42,205 nucleotides of DNA from a virus (Duplodnaviria > Caudoviricetes), in IMG/VR virus record IMGVR_UViG_3300049899_000797, positions 1 to 42,205 of that record; one strand, 5' to 3'. Shown here piece after piece: positions 8,783 to 18,511 of the stretch. The notes beneath the pieces are model-generated. The model ran no database searches. It was not told the origin of the DNA and was given only the letters and a program-made list of their open reading frames with translations. How positions within the stretch are numbered: the stretch's first letter is position 1; the number at the start of each line of letters is the position of its first letter. Both the position numbers and the translations under genes were made by a program.

Positions 8783-11700
8783 CTATGCGGCCAGTGCTAT
8801 GCCTTCTAGTATTGCACTTTTTTGAATAAATATTTTACTTTCAGAAAGTCCTTTAAAAATTGCTACAAAAAGTTTTGCCCGTTCCTTTACATCAGCTTGA
8901 ACGTCTGCTTTTTTTGATCTCCATTTAGCACCACCATTATATTCTGCATATGCCTCATATGCCGCTGTTTCAGGACTCATGCCTGCTTTTATTCTTTTGT
9001 TATAATAATTTGAAAAAAGTTCTGCACCTATATTTGCAGCCAAATATGGATCATTAGCAACATCTTTCCATTGATAATTTGTTCTGTTTCGTCTATTATA
9101 TTCATCCACACCTGCTGGGTCCTTAATTGTTACCTTCCCCGTTCTTATATTCTTCTTTCCGTCTTCACCTTTTCTAACATGAAATAATCCCCAAGCTCCG
9201 CGAAATCCTCTATCAGTGTCTCCTTTATACTTTCCTTGAACCCATCCTCCTTCTGCTGAACTACCACTTTCTTTTGCTGATAATGCTCTTAATAATTTAG
9301 GTTCTATTCCATATCTTGTACCCAAATCTGTCATTAATGTTCTAAATTGTGCCGATTTTGTAGGCCATCCTGCTGAAGCAGGAGTAATTTTTTGGAGATT
9401 GGAAAGTCCACTCAATCCGGCTCCTGCAAAAACAGAACTTTGATGTTTTTCATCTGGCTTACCTACTACTTTATCTATCTCAGCTGTTTGGAGCGAGGTT
9501 ACATCTGAGCCAGTAACCTCGCCTGTACGACCTGTTCTATCATGTGATATCTTTTGGTCAAGTCCAGCATCCCATAAACCTGTTGATGTTGCAATAGGAT
9601 CTAAGAATGGATCTAGGGTGTCGCCTCCTAAAATCCCACCATCGGGCTTTTCAATTTTATTGTCTGTTCTATATTTTTTCCACCAATCTACTAATTCTTG
9701 ATCAGTCATATCAGGACCGGCATGCATATATGTATCAAATCTTTGGGCTGTTGGGCCTTCAAATCCTTTTTGTGCTATCCACCCTTCTGGTGTAGTAGGC
9801 CTTTTTCGTAGTCCAAGATTTCTCAATTCTTTTTCTTCGTCGGTTAACGTATCCCATTCTGTACGATTTTTAAACCCCAAATACCAATCTGGGGGTATTA
9901 ACTCTTCCATATGATTTTCAAGAAATGGTCTTAATTCTGCTTTTGTTGGAATGTACATCTGTTTGCCGCCGCGTCGTCCGGCTGGTCCATCTCCGCCACC
10001 TATAGTTATTCTACCACCTCTTTCTACTTTATTTGATACTTTGTGATATATGTCTTTAAACTCACCAGACCATTCACTTTGAGGATTTATTAATGTGGTG
10101 GACATTTGTTTTGTTTGTTGGTTTAACGGAATAGGTTTACCATTTTTATCAACCTGCGGTATAACTTGAATCATTGTACCAGGTTGCAACGATGCCTTAA
10201 ATGCTTCTGCACCTGTTCGATCATGCTTGCCTTGACCCATCTGCCAAACCGAACCACCTTTACCAAACCAAGGTTTTGACCCATCTTCGCCTGGATCGCC
10301 CAATCCCCAATCATTTACTCTTCTCATTGTACCGTCTGGCATAATAAGGGTTACAATATTATTTTTAACCCATTTATCAAATTTCTTTTTTGGAGGCGAA
10401 TTATCATATGGATCCGGGTAATCTGTTGCTTCACCTAGTTTTACATTTGCTAATGACTTAATTATATCTGCATCATTCTCACTTGTTGATTCTGGCATGG
10501 TTTTAATAATAGATTCATCATGAGTTAACATTTCTGCCGTCCCGGCCGCTCCTATCCATTTTGCAAAACCACCTTTTTGTCCTAAATTCCACCATGCTTT
10601 TTTATCAGGGTCTTTAAACATTGCAAAATTTCCTGCTCCTCCTACATATTGCATTGGAGATAACATATGTAATACATTTGGTTGGAATGTTTTACCTTTA
10701 TTAGCTGGATTTCCTTCAAATTCTTTTCTCAATCGTTCATCTTCTATTCTATATCTTTCCTGTTCAATTTCTATATTTCGCATCCATTTTCCGGAACCAT
10801 ATGCAGTTGCCGCCGCTATAACAACGGTTGTTAATATGTCTCCTTTAGCAGACATCATAAATTTGCCAGGTGCTCTCATAGCCGCCCTTAATCTAGCGGC
10901 ATGAGACATTTTCCAGCGTATTTTTCTTGCTGGATCCGTTATTGTTGCTGGTTTAGATGGAGATGTCTGTACTGGTTTCCCTTCGCCCTTGTTTACTATA
11001 TTATCTATAGCCAATTTTTGTGCCGATTTTAGTTTATTATACTTAGGAGAATTTTGTACTTTTTTAGCATTTTTATATTCTCCATATCCAACTCCGTTTA
11101 TTTTTTGAAAATTTGTTTTCCAGTTATCAAATTGATCTGCGGACATATATTTTTGGTCGGGATAAACAATATCTACTAATTTACCTGTTGTTTTTCCTGT
11201 TGCTTGTCCTATTTTACCGCCACCCATTTCTGCTTGTGCTATTTTAAAATCTTCTACTGCATTAGGTCCTGTAAATCCTGCCTTATTTGCTATTGTTTTA
11301 ATAGAATCGCCTGTTTTAACTGATACTTCCGGGGCAGTTTTAACTCCTTGACCTATAGCACTACCTTGTCTTTTACTAGTAGGTACTTCAGGTTCTACTA
11401 CCTTGGGTTTAGGTTCTACTACTGGTTCTATTACCTTGGGTTTAGGTTCTACTACTGGTTCTATTACCTTGGGTTTGGGTTCTACTACTGGTTCTACTGT
11501 TGTTGTGTGTATCGGTTTTCCATCAGCACCAACTAAATGGGCGGTACTAGGATCTAGTTGAGGAACTTTAACTTTACTAGCGGCCGCGGCCTTAAGTTGT
11601 GCCTTAAGTTGTGCTTGTTTTTTTAATTCTATCTTCTCCAACCTTTTACGTTCTATTTCTGCTTTTGCCGCCTGCTGTAACCTTGCCTTTTCATTTGCTT

Positions 11701-13156
11701 TACGGTTGGCTATTTTTTCTTGCTCTGCTTTTTGTATAGCTTTTGATGCGTTTTTTGCCTGTTGTTTGTTAAGTTCTGCATTAGGATCTTCTGCATTACC
11801 TGATAATGCATTAACTTGTTGTTGTAATAAATTATGTTTAGGCGTTCCTGGGATTGCTTTCTTAAGTAATGCTTTTGCATTCCGTAATTCGGGATTATCA
11901 ATTATTTCTGTTCCGGTAAGTGAAGGTGTATCCGGAATATTTAACCGAAGCATCTTAAGTTGCTTTAGCTGATTCAATCTTATTTGTAATTTCTTACGTT
12001 GACTAACAGTTGTTTTTGGATTTTGTAACTGCTTAATTATACTATTGGCGTCTTTTTGTGCTATTCCTGCGGCGGCTTGATTACGTGGTGATAATGGCTT
12101 TTCGAGATCTGTTAAGTTATGACCAGATCCTATTCCTGTACCAAGTTTAGATGTTGTTTGTCCTCCAGCAGGTTGCCCAAGTAAAGGATCATATGTTACG
12201 GCAGGCGTCTTACCTATTTTACCTACTGGTTCTTTAATTAGACCATGACCTGATCCTATTAATTTTTGTTCTCCAGGAGATAATGCTGATACGTTTATTT
12301 TGGGGAACGAATAACGAATTGCGGCTAATCGCTTTCGTAAATTTATTTTAGCCTGAGCATTTTGACCTTGTTGAGTTAATCGTTTTATTATATCATCGAC
12401 TTCACCTTGTGCCGTTACTAATTTTTGTTTCCGATCAGTTAAGCCATGATCAGATCCTATTGGCTTGTTAGATTTATCTGGTATTTCTCCTGCAGGCTTC
12501 CCAGTTAAAGGATCATATTTTATAGCCTTTTTATCTGGTGGTTCAATTAGACCATGATCAGATGTATAAGGTATTTGTGTATGTTTTAGTTTTCCGGTTC
12601 CTATCTTCTTCCCAGTTAAAGGATCATATTGTATTTGCTTACTTGCTGGTCCTTTAATTAGACCATGATCAGATGTATAAGGTATTTTCTTAGGTATTAC
12701 TTTTGGTGCTCCTATCTTCTTACCAGTTAACGGATCATATATTATTTTTTTTGGCTCCTCCCAAGGTGGTACTATTATGGGTTTTTTGGGCCCCAATATT
12801 GGTGGTTTGATTTCGGGGCCTGTTCGCAGTCCTATAGGAATAGGAACTACAGGAGGATCAACATTTTCTGCGTCATCTGGATTTATTTCTATTGTAGGTT
12901 CAAGAGGTATTGGTGTTGGAATTACCTTAGGATGTTCGTCCCACCTATACTGATCTGTAGCGTGACCTGTTGCATCTGCTTTATCTAGACTCCATTTTGT
13001 AGCAGGATCTACCATCTGCACCTGCCCTGTTTGGGGGTCTACATATTGTACTAATTCTTTGTCGCTGACAAGGGGGGATACTTCGGTCAGATTGAATAGT
13101 TCGTCAATTTGCCGCTCGTATAGTATTTCTTCCTTTTCGGTAAGACTGTATGTCAT
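8783..13156 (-). CDS. large repetitive virion protein with a LysM-like segment and a C-terminal lytic transglycosylase (SLT) domain
   Basis: YGIEPKLLRALSAKESG...AWGLFHV...NIGAELF...YAEYNGG is an SLT pattern. VSVKTGDSIKTIA is LysM-like. Pro-rich repeats and a coiled coil are present. Confidence 0.7.
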   Translation of the reverse strand: MTYSLTEKEEILYERQIDELFNLTEVSPLVSDKELVQYVDPQTGQVQMVDPATKWSLDKADATGHATDQYRWDEHPKVIPTPIPLEPTIEINPDDAENVDPPVVPIPIGLRTGPEIKPPILGPKKPIIVPPWEEPKKIIYDPLTGKKIGAPKVIPKKIPYTSDHGLIKGPASKQIQYDPLTGKKIGTGKLKHTQIPYTSDHGLIEPPDKKAIKYDPLTGKPAGEIPDKSNKPIGSDHGLTDRKQKLVTAQGEVDDIIKRLTQQGQNAQAKINLRKRLAAIRYSFPKINVSALSPGEQKLIGSGHGLIKEPVGKIGKTPAVTYDPLLGQPAGGQTTSKLGTGIGSGHNLTDLEKPLSPRNQAAAGIAQKDANSIIKQLQNPKTTVSQRKKLQIRLNQLKQLKMLRLNIPDTPSLTGTEIIDNPELRNAKALLKKAIPGTPKHNLLQQQVNALSGNAEDPNAELNKQQAKNASKAIQKAEQEKIANRKANEKARLQQAAKAEIERKRLEKIELKKQAQLKAQLKAAAASKVKVPQLDPSTAHLVGADGKPIHTTTVEPVVEPKPKVIEPVVEPKPKVIEPVVEPKPKVVEPEVPTSKRQGSAIGQGVKTAPEVSVKTGDSIKTIANKAGFTGPNAVEDFKIAQAEMGGGKIGQATGKTTGKLVDIVYPDQKYMSADQFDNWKTNFQKINGVGYGEYKNAKKVQNSPKYNKLKSAQKLAIDNIVNKGEGKPVQTSPSKPATITDPARKIRWKMSHAARLRAAMRAPGKFMMSAKGDILTTVVIAAATAYGSGKWMRNIEIEQERYRIEDERLRKEFEGNPANKGKTFQPNVLHMLSPMQYVGGAGNFAMFKDPDKKAWWNLGQKGGFAKWIGAAGTAEMLTHDESIIKTMPESTSENDADIIKSLANVKLGEATDYPDPYDNSPPKKKFDKWVKNNIVTLIMPDGTMRRVNDWGLGDPGEDGSKPWFGKGGSVWQMGQGKHDRTGAEAFKASLQPGTMIQVIPQVDKNGKPIPLNQQTKQMSTTLINPQSEWSGEFKDIYHKVSNKVERGGRITIGGGDGPAGRRGGKQMYIPTKAELRPFLENHMEELIPPDWYLGFKNRTEWDTLTDEEKELRNLGLRKRPTTPEGWIAQKGFEGPTAQRFDTYMHAGPDMTDQELVDWWKKYRTDNKIEKPDGGILGGDTLDPFLDPIATSTGLWDAGLDQKISHDRTGRTGEVTGSDVTSLQTAEIDKVVGKPDEKHQSSVFAGAGLSGLSNLQKITPASAGWPTKSAQFRTLMTDLGTRYGIEPKLLRALSAKESGSSAEGGWVQGKYKGDTDRGFRGAWGLFHVRKGEDGKKNIRTGKVTIKDPAGVDEYNRRNRTNYQWKDVANDPYLAANIGAELFSNYYNKRIKAGMSPETAAYEAYAEYNGGAKWRSKKADVQADVKERAKLFVAIFKGLSESKIFIQKSAILEGIALAA
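11391..11497. repeat. 33-bp tandem repeat (~3 copies) encoding VVEPKPKVIEP
   Basis: Direct repeats of ggttctactactggttctattaccttgggttt are visible. Confidence 0.9.
12110..12745. repeat. dispersed coding repeats YDPL[TL]G (x4) and [TG]S[DG]H[GN]L (x5)
   Basis: Near-identical DNA blocks, e.g. aattagaccatgatcagatgtataaggtattt at about 12545 and 12657. Confidence 0.8.
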
Positions 13157-13167
13157 AATGCATGCCG

Positions 13168-15279
13168 CTACTTCACTAAACTAGTTACCAAATCTTCTTG
13201 TGCCGAACCAAAAATACGATCCATGCCTTTTTTAACTCTAGGGTTAACAGATTCCATACCTATCAAATCCGCTGTTGGTTCTATGGCTTCTTCGCTACTT
13301 GGCTCATCTGTTGGATGTGGATTAACTTGCTCATATTCCATATAATGTTTAATAGAACCAAGATAATCTGCGGCTTTAGTAATTTTGGCTTGAACCCAAG
13401 GTTCTAAATTATCTGTATCGCCTATTAATTGATGAAGTTTAATTGCATATTGAGCAGTTTTATATAACTGTTCTTTTGCCATCCAACCATCTTCGTCGGA
13501 TGCATCTAATACGCCTTCTTTAAGTTTGTCATTTTTATCATTTGTCATTGAATCACCTACTAATTTTCCTTTTGTGTAACCTTCTGGGCGTTTTGCTTGT
13601 GCAGGATAATCAGTTTCTGTTTTAACTTGAACACCTGTTTTAACGCCAACTGCTTTTTCTTTAACTTCTTTTGGAAACATTCCTACTTCATTGGCATCTG
13701 CACTAACTACTTTTTGCCGTCTAATCATTTTACCGTTGCCTAATGGAGTATTAACTGTAGCAACATTACCTGCACTTGTACTACCTGCAGAGGCAGTTTC
13801 TTTTATGTTTTCCATAGTACTACTATTTATGCTAATTTTTTGATCTGCAAGCAAATGGGCACCATTGCCTATTTCGATAACTGTTCTAATATTACCAGTT
13901 GCCTGCAAATAAGTTCTTATACTATATAGCCCCATTTCGCTATCAAAATCGGGCAATTCTTCTATTTTTTCTTCAGGAAATATATTAATAAACAATGTTG
14001 GATTTCCTGATTGTCTAGGTGGTCTAAAAACAAAATTAACTTTTTCTAATTTTGTTTTTAATGTTTCGTCAAATTTTAAATTAGTAAACATAGGATTATT
14101 TGGATCTGCACCTAACATTACTATATCTATATCACTTCCAAGAGTTGCATGATGATGTAAGAATTTAAATGTTGCATCTAAAAAATTAAATTCTTGTTGT
14201 GGTGTATTCACCGCAGTATTTAATAATTGTGCGGCTCCTGCATATGCATCTCGTAGAGCTTCTGCTGGATCCTGAGCAAATGCTTGTTGATTAATTTTAA
14301 AAACATTAAGTCCGAAAAATTCATTAAAATGTGTTTGTAAATCCGTTCCTGCTTTTGTTATTAATGCAGGTGTATTCATACTTCTAGTAATTTGCCCTAC
14401 TTGTCTTGTGTTTGCTTTTACACTTAACAAATTAATTACAGTATTATCTACTTGTAATACTAAATCTGCTTTAGTACCTTTTTGATCTTCTGTGCCTACG
14501 CCTCTTACTACTACTTTATTAGATGATTTATCTTCTTTTGGTAATTTTATTTTTTCTATTATAGGAGATTTACTGTTGATATAACTTATAGCACTTTGGA
14601 AAAATCCTCTAAATTCATTTGTATCACCATCTGCTAATACAACTTTTTCTACATGATACATACTATTTTTGCGAACTCGTATATTAACATCTAATCTATC
14701 TGGTTCGCCATCTTCATATATAATTGGACTACCAAAAATTAAACTTCCATCGGCACTATTAATAGTACTTTCATTTATAATTTTAAGGCAATCTTCAAAT
14801 GTTGCTTCTTCTTTGTTATGATATAAAATTTTAGCAGTAACAGCCAATCCCATAAAAATTTCAGCAACATCACCTCTGTTGTAATCTTCTTTTACTGTTA
14901 TTTTGTCTATCTGGCCTAATGTAATAGATTCGCCATTATCTAATTTTAACGCAAATCCCTTAGGCATCCTGTTAGGATCTCCACCGGCAGATACTGTACG
15001 AAGTAAAACTTTATCTCCGCCTTTAATAACCCCTACTTGTTTATTCCAATCTTTCGGAATTCCAGCAGTACCAAATATTGTTTTATTAAGTTTTTTATAT
15101 TGGTCACTTGCAATAACAACATGAGATCCATCTGTTAATGTTACTGGATCTCCATTTTTAATTTTTGTAATTAAATCTCGATAATACCGCATATCACCGT
15201 ATCGTACTTTTCGTAATTCAGCAAAAGTTAATGCGGCTTCATTTAATTTATCTTTAATATATGCGTTTAAAATATTCAT
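13168..15279 (-). CDS. multi-module virion protein with a PD-(D/E)XK-like nuclease region
   Basis: NRGDVAE...KADL...LLSVK pattern; C-terminal modules ETASAGSTSAGNVA and MAKEQL..LEPWVQAKITKAADYL. Likely start ATG 15279. Confidence 0.5.
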   Translation of the reverse strand: MNILNAYIKDKLNEAALTFAELRKVRYGDMRYYRDLITKIKNGDPVTLTDGSHVVIASDQYKKLNKTIFGTAGIPKDWNKQVGVIKGGDKVLLRTVSAGGDPNRMPKGFALKLDNGESITLGQIDKITVKEDYNRGDVAEIFMGLAVTAKILYHNKEEATFEDCLKIINESTINSADGSLIFGSPIIYEDGEPDRLDVNIRVRKNSMYHVEKVVLADGDTNEFRGFFQSAISYINSKSPIIEKIKLPKEDKSSNKVVVRGVGTEDQKGTKADLVLQVDNTVINLLSVKANTRQVGQITRSMNTPALITKAGTDLQTHFNEFFGLNVFKINQQAFAQDPAEALRDAYAGAAQLLNTAVNTPQQEFNFLDATFKFLHHHATLGSDIDIVMLGADPNNPMFTNLKFDETLKTKLEKVNFVFRPPRQSGNPTLFINIFPEEKIEELPDFDSEMGLYSIRTYLQATGNIRTVIEIGNGAHLLADQKISINSSTMENIKETASAGSTSAGNVATVNTPLGNGKMIRRQKVVSADANEVGMFPKEVKEKAVGVKTGVQVKTETDYPAQAKRPEGYTKGKLVGDSMTNDKNDKLKEGVLDASDEDGWMAKEQLYKTAQYAIKLHQLIGDTDNLEPWVQAKITKAADYLGSIKHYMEYEQVNPHPTDEPSSEEAIEPTADLIGMESVNPRVKKGMDRIFGSAQEDLVTSLVK

Positions 15280-15293
15280 ATTAATATTTATTG

Positions 15294-15806
15294 CTAGTCC
15301 CACTGTAAAAGAGTTTGCTTACCATGTTCTGCTAAGAATTCTCTATTTGCCCAATGTTCGGGTTTAACATCATCTTTGTTTTGCCCCCAATAACCAACTG
15401 CGTGACCATTTTCACAAAGCCATTTGTTAACATTAGTCCAGCCTCCGTACTCACCTTCAGCATTACAGTTAACCCAAACTTCGCCTAAAATTCTTCCAAA
15501 CTTACCTCGGCTGTCTGATTCAGGACATCTAATTTCAATGTCAATATCATCTCTGTCAGACATAACTGCCCAATGTACCCATGATTTAAGTGCGGCCTTA
15601 CTTAACAAACCGTACACTTTTTCATTTAAACTTCTTGTTCTTGATTCGGGTGTATCAATGCCTAACATTCTTACACGATGTTTTACCATGACATCGAATC
15701 CTAAATCAAAAACACAATCTAATGTATCACCATCAACTACTTTTGTTACTGCTCCCACTCTATAAACAAATGGACAGCCAGTTTTGTCTTCTTTATAAAT
15801 TGCCAT
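15294..15806 (-). CDS. thermonuclease (staphylococcal nuclease-like)
   Basis: KVVDGDT, RVRMLGIDTPE, KFGRILG and VN..L...GHA motifs. Confidence 0.9.
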   Translation of the reverse strand: MAIYKEDKTGCPFVYRVGAVTKVVDGDTLDCVFDLGFDVMVKHRVRMLGIDTPESRTRSLNEKVYGLLSKAALKSWVHWAVMSDRDDIDIEIRCPESDSRGKFGRILGEVWVNCNAEGEYGGWTNVNKWLCENGHAVGYWGQNKDDVKPEHWANREFLAEHGKQTLLQWD

Positions 15807-15838
15807 ATTTCTCCCCTAAGTTTTATGGTTGTTTTGTT

Positions 15839-16135
15839 TTATTCTCTCATAGAAGATCTTTGTGTCGGATGACCAGGAGATGCTAACTCAGCAAATTTAA
15901 TCCTTAACTCGGTCATCTTATCCTCTATATTATCTATTTTTTCATAGCCTTTTGCTATATCTGCATTAATTTGTGGTATTTCTGCTTCTTCAACTCGATG
16001 AAGAACTTTGTCTAAAGCCAAAACTGTTACGAATATCCATGTAATGCTTCCTATCAATGCCGCACATATTATCGGTAAGGCTGCCTTGAATAAGGAATGT
16101 TCTGCAATTGCCTGCATTGATTGTACTGGCATCAT
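15839..16135 (-). CDS. small membrane protein (1 TM + coiled coil)
   Basis: AAGGAG RBS before ATG 16135. Hydrophobic ALPIICAALIGSITWIFVTVL segment. Confidence 0.65.
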   Translation of the reverse strand: MMPVQSMQAIAEHSLFKAALPIICAALIGSITWIFVTVLALDKVLHRVEEAEIPQINADIAKGYEKIDNIEDKMTELRIKFAELASPGHPTQRSSMRE

Positions 16136-16149
16136 TTGTCTCCTTATAA

Positions 16150-17634
16150 TTATTCTATTGACATAAAATGTATGTCTTCTGTTCCGTGTCCATGGAATTC
16201 TGTCCAAGTCTTTTTAGCATACTCTGCTTCTTCCATAGTCTTGAATACTGCTACACAATCTGTGTACAAAGCATCTAAAAATAATTCATTTATTTTAAAT
16301 TTATATAACTTTGGATCTTTAAATAAAAACTGACAAGTTTCAAATACGCAATTCCACATACCCCATCCAAACTTAAGAACTAATTCGTTCCAATGTCCGG
16401 GTTCTATTTCAAATGCTTGATTATCATATGTCATATCATATAAATCTATTTCTAACCCTTCGTGTCCGCTTCTAGTACGTAATGTTACATTCATACGAGA
16501 GTCTGGTGTTCCCCATGCCTGCCTACCTACAAATGGTTGTAATGCTTTGGCACCAAAGGCCATTTGACTATTTAAATTATTTAAATAATTTTTATCATCA
16601 TACTGCTTTGTATTTACTGCATCATTCCTAATTGATAAATGTTTTGTAAAGTCTGCATGAGTATTTTTAAATTTCTCAGTTGGCATTATAGGATTAAAAT
16701 GGCTAACAAATAATTGTGCTACATTACTAATTGAACCTTTTTGTTTTTGTTTATTTTCAAAATAAAACCGTTTTAATTCTCGTAATGTTACTCCACTTAC
16801 ATCATAATCTAATATTTTGGTTTGGGCTTGTCCTAAATCTCTAGCAAATTTATATACAAATTTTAAATAATCTACTATTAAATTATAATTACCAACTTGT
16901 CCGGATAGATCATCAAACACACCACGCAATCCTCGCCATTCTAATGTTCCTTGATCATGCGGATTAAGTACATTGTATTTGTCAAATACACCCATTGCTA
17001 ATTTATTAACTGTTTGATCATATGCATATTCTAGTTTATTTTCTTTTGCTGTAAGATGTTCTAATGATCCTTTAAATTCCTCAACTGATTCCCGTAAATT
17101 ATTTAAACTTGCATATTCTTTATCATCATATTGTTTTATACCTTTATATATAGAATATTTGTCCCATAGTCCACTATCTAAAAAATAAATTGCAAACCAG
17201 GTAGCATCCATTCCACTTGTTTTTGTTAATGCCCCCAATCCAAAATGAGCATGAAAGCCACAGGAACTATTTGTATATGCGCCGTTATCAAAAAATTCTT
17301 TTATAATTTTTGCTACTTTTTGAAAGTTAGGTGGTGTTGCTGTAAGCCTTGCTTTTGCACCATTCTCGTCTTTAATTAAACCTATATCAAATTCTGCCCC
17401 AAAATGAGTATCTGTGTCATCTGGATTTGCCGCAACACTTAGTTCTTCCATTCGAGCTAAACCATACTTGTCTACTATTCGTTGTATATTAGGATGCACT
17501 TCTATCAAGGTTCCGGGTTCCATATCACTGAACCTAGAACCAAATGATCTAGCACTGGGGACTACAATTTCTAATTCAAAGCCTACAGTTATTTCACCAG
17601 CTACTGCTTCTTTTATTATTTCTTTTTCTTGCAT
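16150..17634 (-). CDS. putative amidoligase (COOH-NH2 ligase, Amidoligase_2-like)
   Basis: TVGFELE, GAEF, TNSSCGFHAH, KYNVLN and TLEWRG motifs. Confidence 0.8.
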   Translation of the reverse strand: MQEKEIIKEAVAGEITVGFELEIVVPSARSFGSRFSDMEPGTLIEVHPNIQRIVDKYGLARMEELSVAANPDDTDTHFGAEFDIGLIKDENGAKARLTATPPNFQKVAKIIKEFFDNGAYTNSSCGFHAHFGLGALTKTSGMDATWFAIYFLDSGLWDKYSIYKGIKQYDDKEYASLNNLRESVEEFKGSLEHLTAKENKLEYAYDQTVNKLAMGVFDKYNVLNPHDQGTLEWRGLRGVFDDLSGQVGNYNLIVDYLKFVYKFARDLGQAQTKILDYDVSGVTLRELKRFYFENKQKQKGSISNVAQLFVSHFNPIMPTEKFKNTHADFTKHLSIRNDAVNTKQYDDKNYLNNLNSQMAFGAKALQPFVGRQAWGTPDSRMNVTLRTRSGHEGLEIDLYDMTYDNQAFEIEPGHWNELVLKFGWGMWNCVFETCQFLFKDPKLYKFKINELFLDALYTDCVAVFKTMEEAEYAKKTWTEFHGHGTEDIHFMSIE

Positions 17635-17642
17635 GGTATTAC

Positions 17643-18005
17643 CTAATGAAATACTGTATAGGGTTTACCTATTTCTTTATTTGGCCAATAAAAAATCTTA
17701 ACAGTCATGTCGGGTTTAGCATGAAAATTTTCCGTCGGATACTCGTCTGCTCGTGCTAAATTTTTTGCTTCTTTTTTTGTATGTGTCGCATACCCTGCTT
17801 TTATTAATGCTTCTTCTTCTTCTGGCGTGTACTTATGATACACCCTATCTTGTACTTTATCAAGAGCCGATTCTAACGGATCATCATCATAATCTTCAAA
17901 AGAATCATCATACTCTGAAGACCGATGATATTTTGTTTTAACTCGATGAGGCTGGGTACCTCTATTTAAAATACCTCCTGCTTCTGTAAGTTCAAAAAAT
18001 CTCAT
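17643..18005 (-). CDS. hypothetical protein with capsid-targeting-like leader (MRFFELTE)
   Basis: ORF with the shared N-terminal motif. Confidence 0.7.
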   Translation of the reverse strand: MRFFELTEAGGILNRGTQPHRVKTKYHRSSEYDDSFEDYDDDPLESALDKVQDRVYHKYTPEEEEALIKAGYATHTKKEAKNLARADEYPTENFHAKPDMTVKIFYWPNKEIGKPYTVFH

Positions 18006-18481
18006 TACGGTCTTCGCCTTTTCCCTTGTGCTTGTTGTGCTTGTGCTATTGCGGCACCTGCCTCTGGGCTCATCTTGCCTCGTGCTGGAGGTTTTGGTTT
18101 AACACCTTTTCCTGCGACTGCTAGTTTCTGTCTAGCGGCAGTAGCAAGAGATGGATCAACTTGACCTGTTCCATAACCAACTTTAGAAGTTTTTAATGCA
18201 TCAGGAACAGATGTATCGGCTGGAGAATTTCTAACCATTTTTTTTCCGACTTCGGCTGCCGCATGAACTTTAGGTCCCACTTTTTTTCCTATTTCCCCTG
18301 CTAAATGTAATGCGCCTTTAGTTTTTTTCGCAACATCAGGGTTAAAGAAGTTCTTTCCGTAATCCCAGGCTTTCTTTCCATACCTCAACGCATATGGCGC
18401 CAGTCTAACCGCTCCGCCTATAATCGCAGGGAGTACTTCATCAACACGTTCTTTTTTGGTTATTACTTCATTTATTTTCAT
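18005..18481 (-). CDS. basic protein with leader MKINEVI...VDE followed by an amphipathic segment
   Basis: Shared leader and a Lys/Ala-rich body. Confidence 0.7.
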   Translation of the reverse strand: MKINEVITKKERVDEVLPAIIGGAVRLAPYALRYGKKAWDYGKNFFNPDVAKKTKGALHLAGEIGKKVGPKVHAAAEVGKKMVRNSPADTSVPDALKTSKVGYGTGQVDPSLATAARQKLAVAGKGVKPKPPARGKMSPEAGAAIAQAQQAQGKRRRP

Positions 18482-18511
18482 TTAATCTCTCCAAGACTAA
18501 TGTTCATTTGG

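Noticed and set aside
11391-12745. Repeats as a possible CRISPR array
   Set aside because: They are in-frame coding repeats inside a long ORF, without a constant repeat and unique spacer structure.
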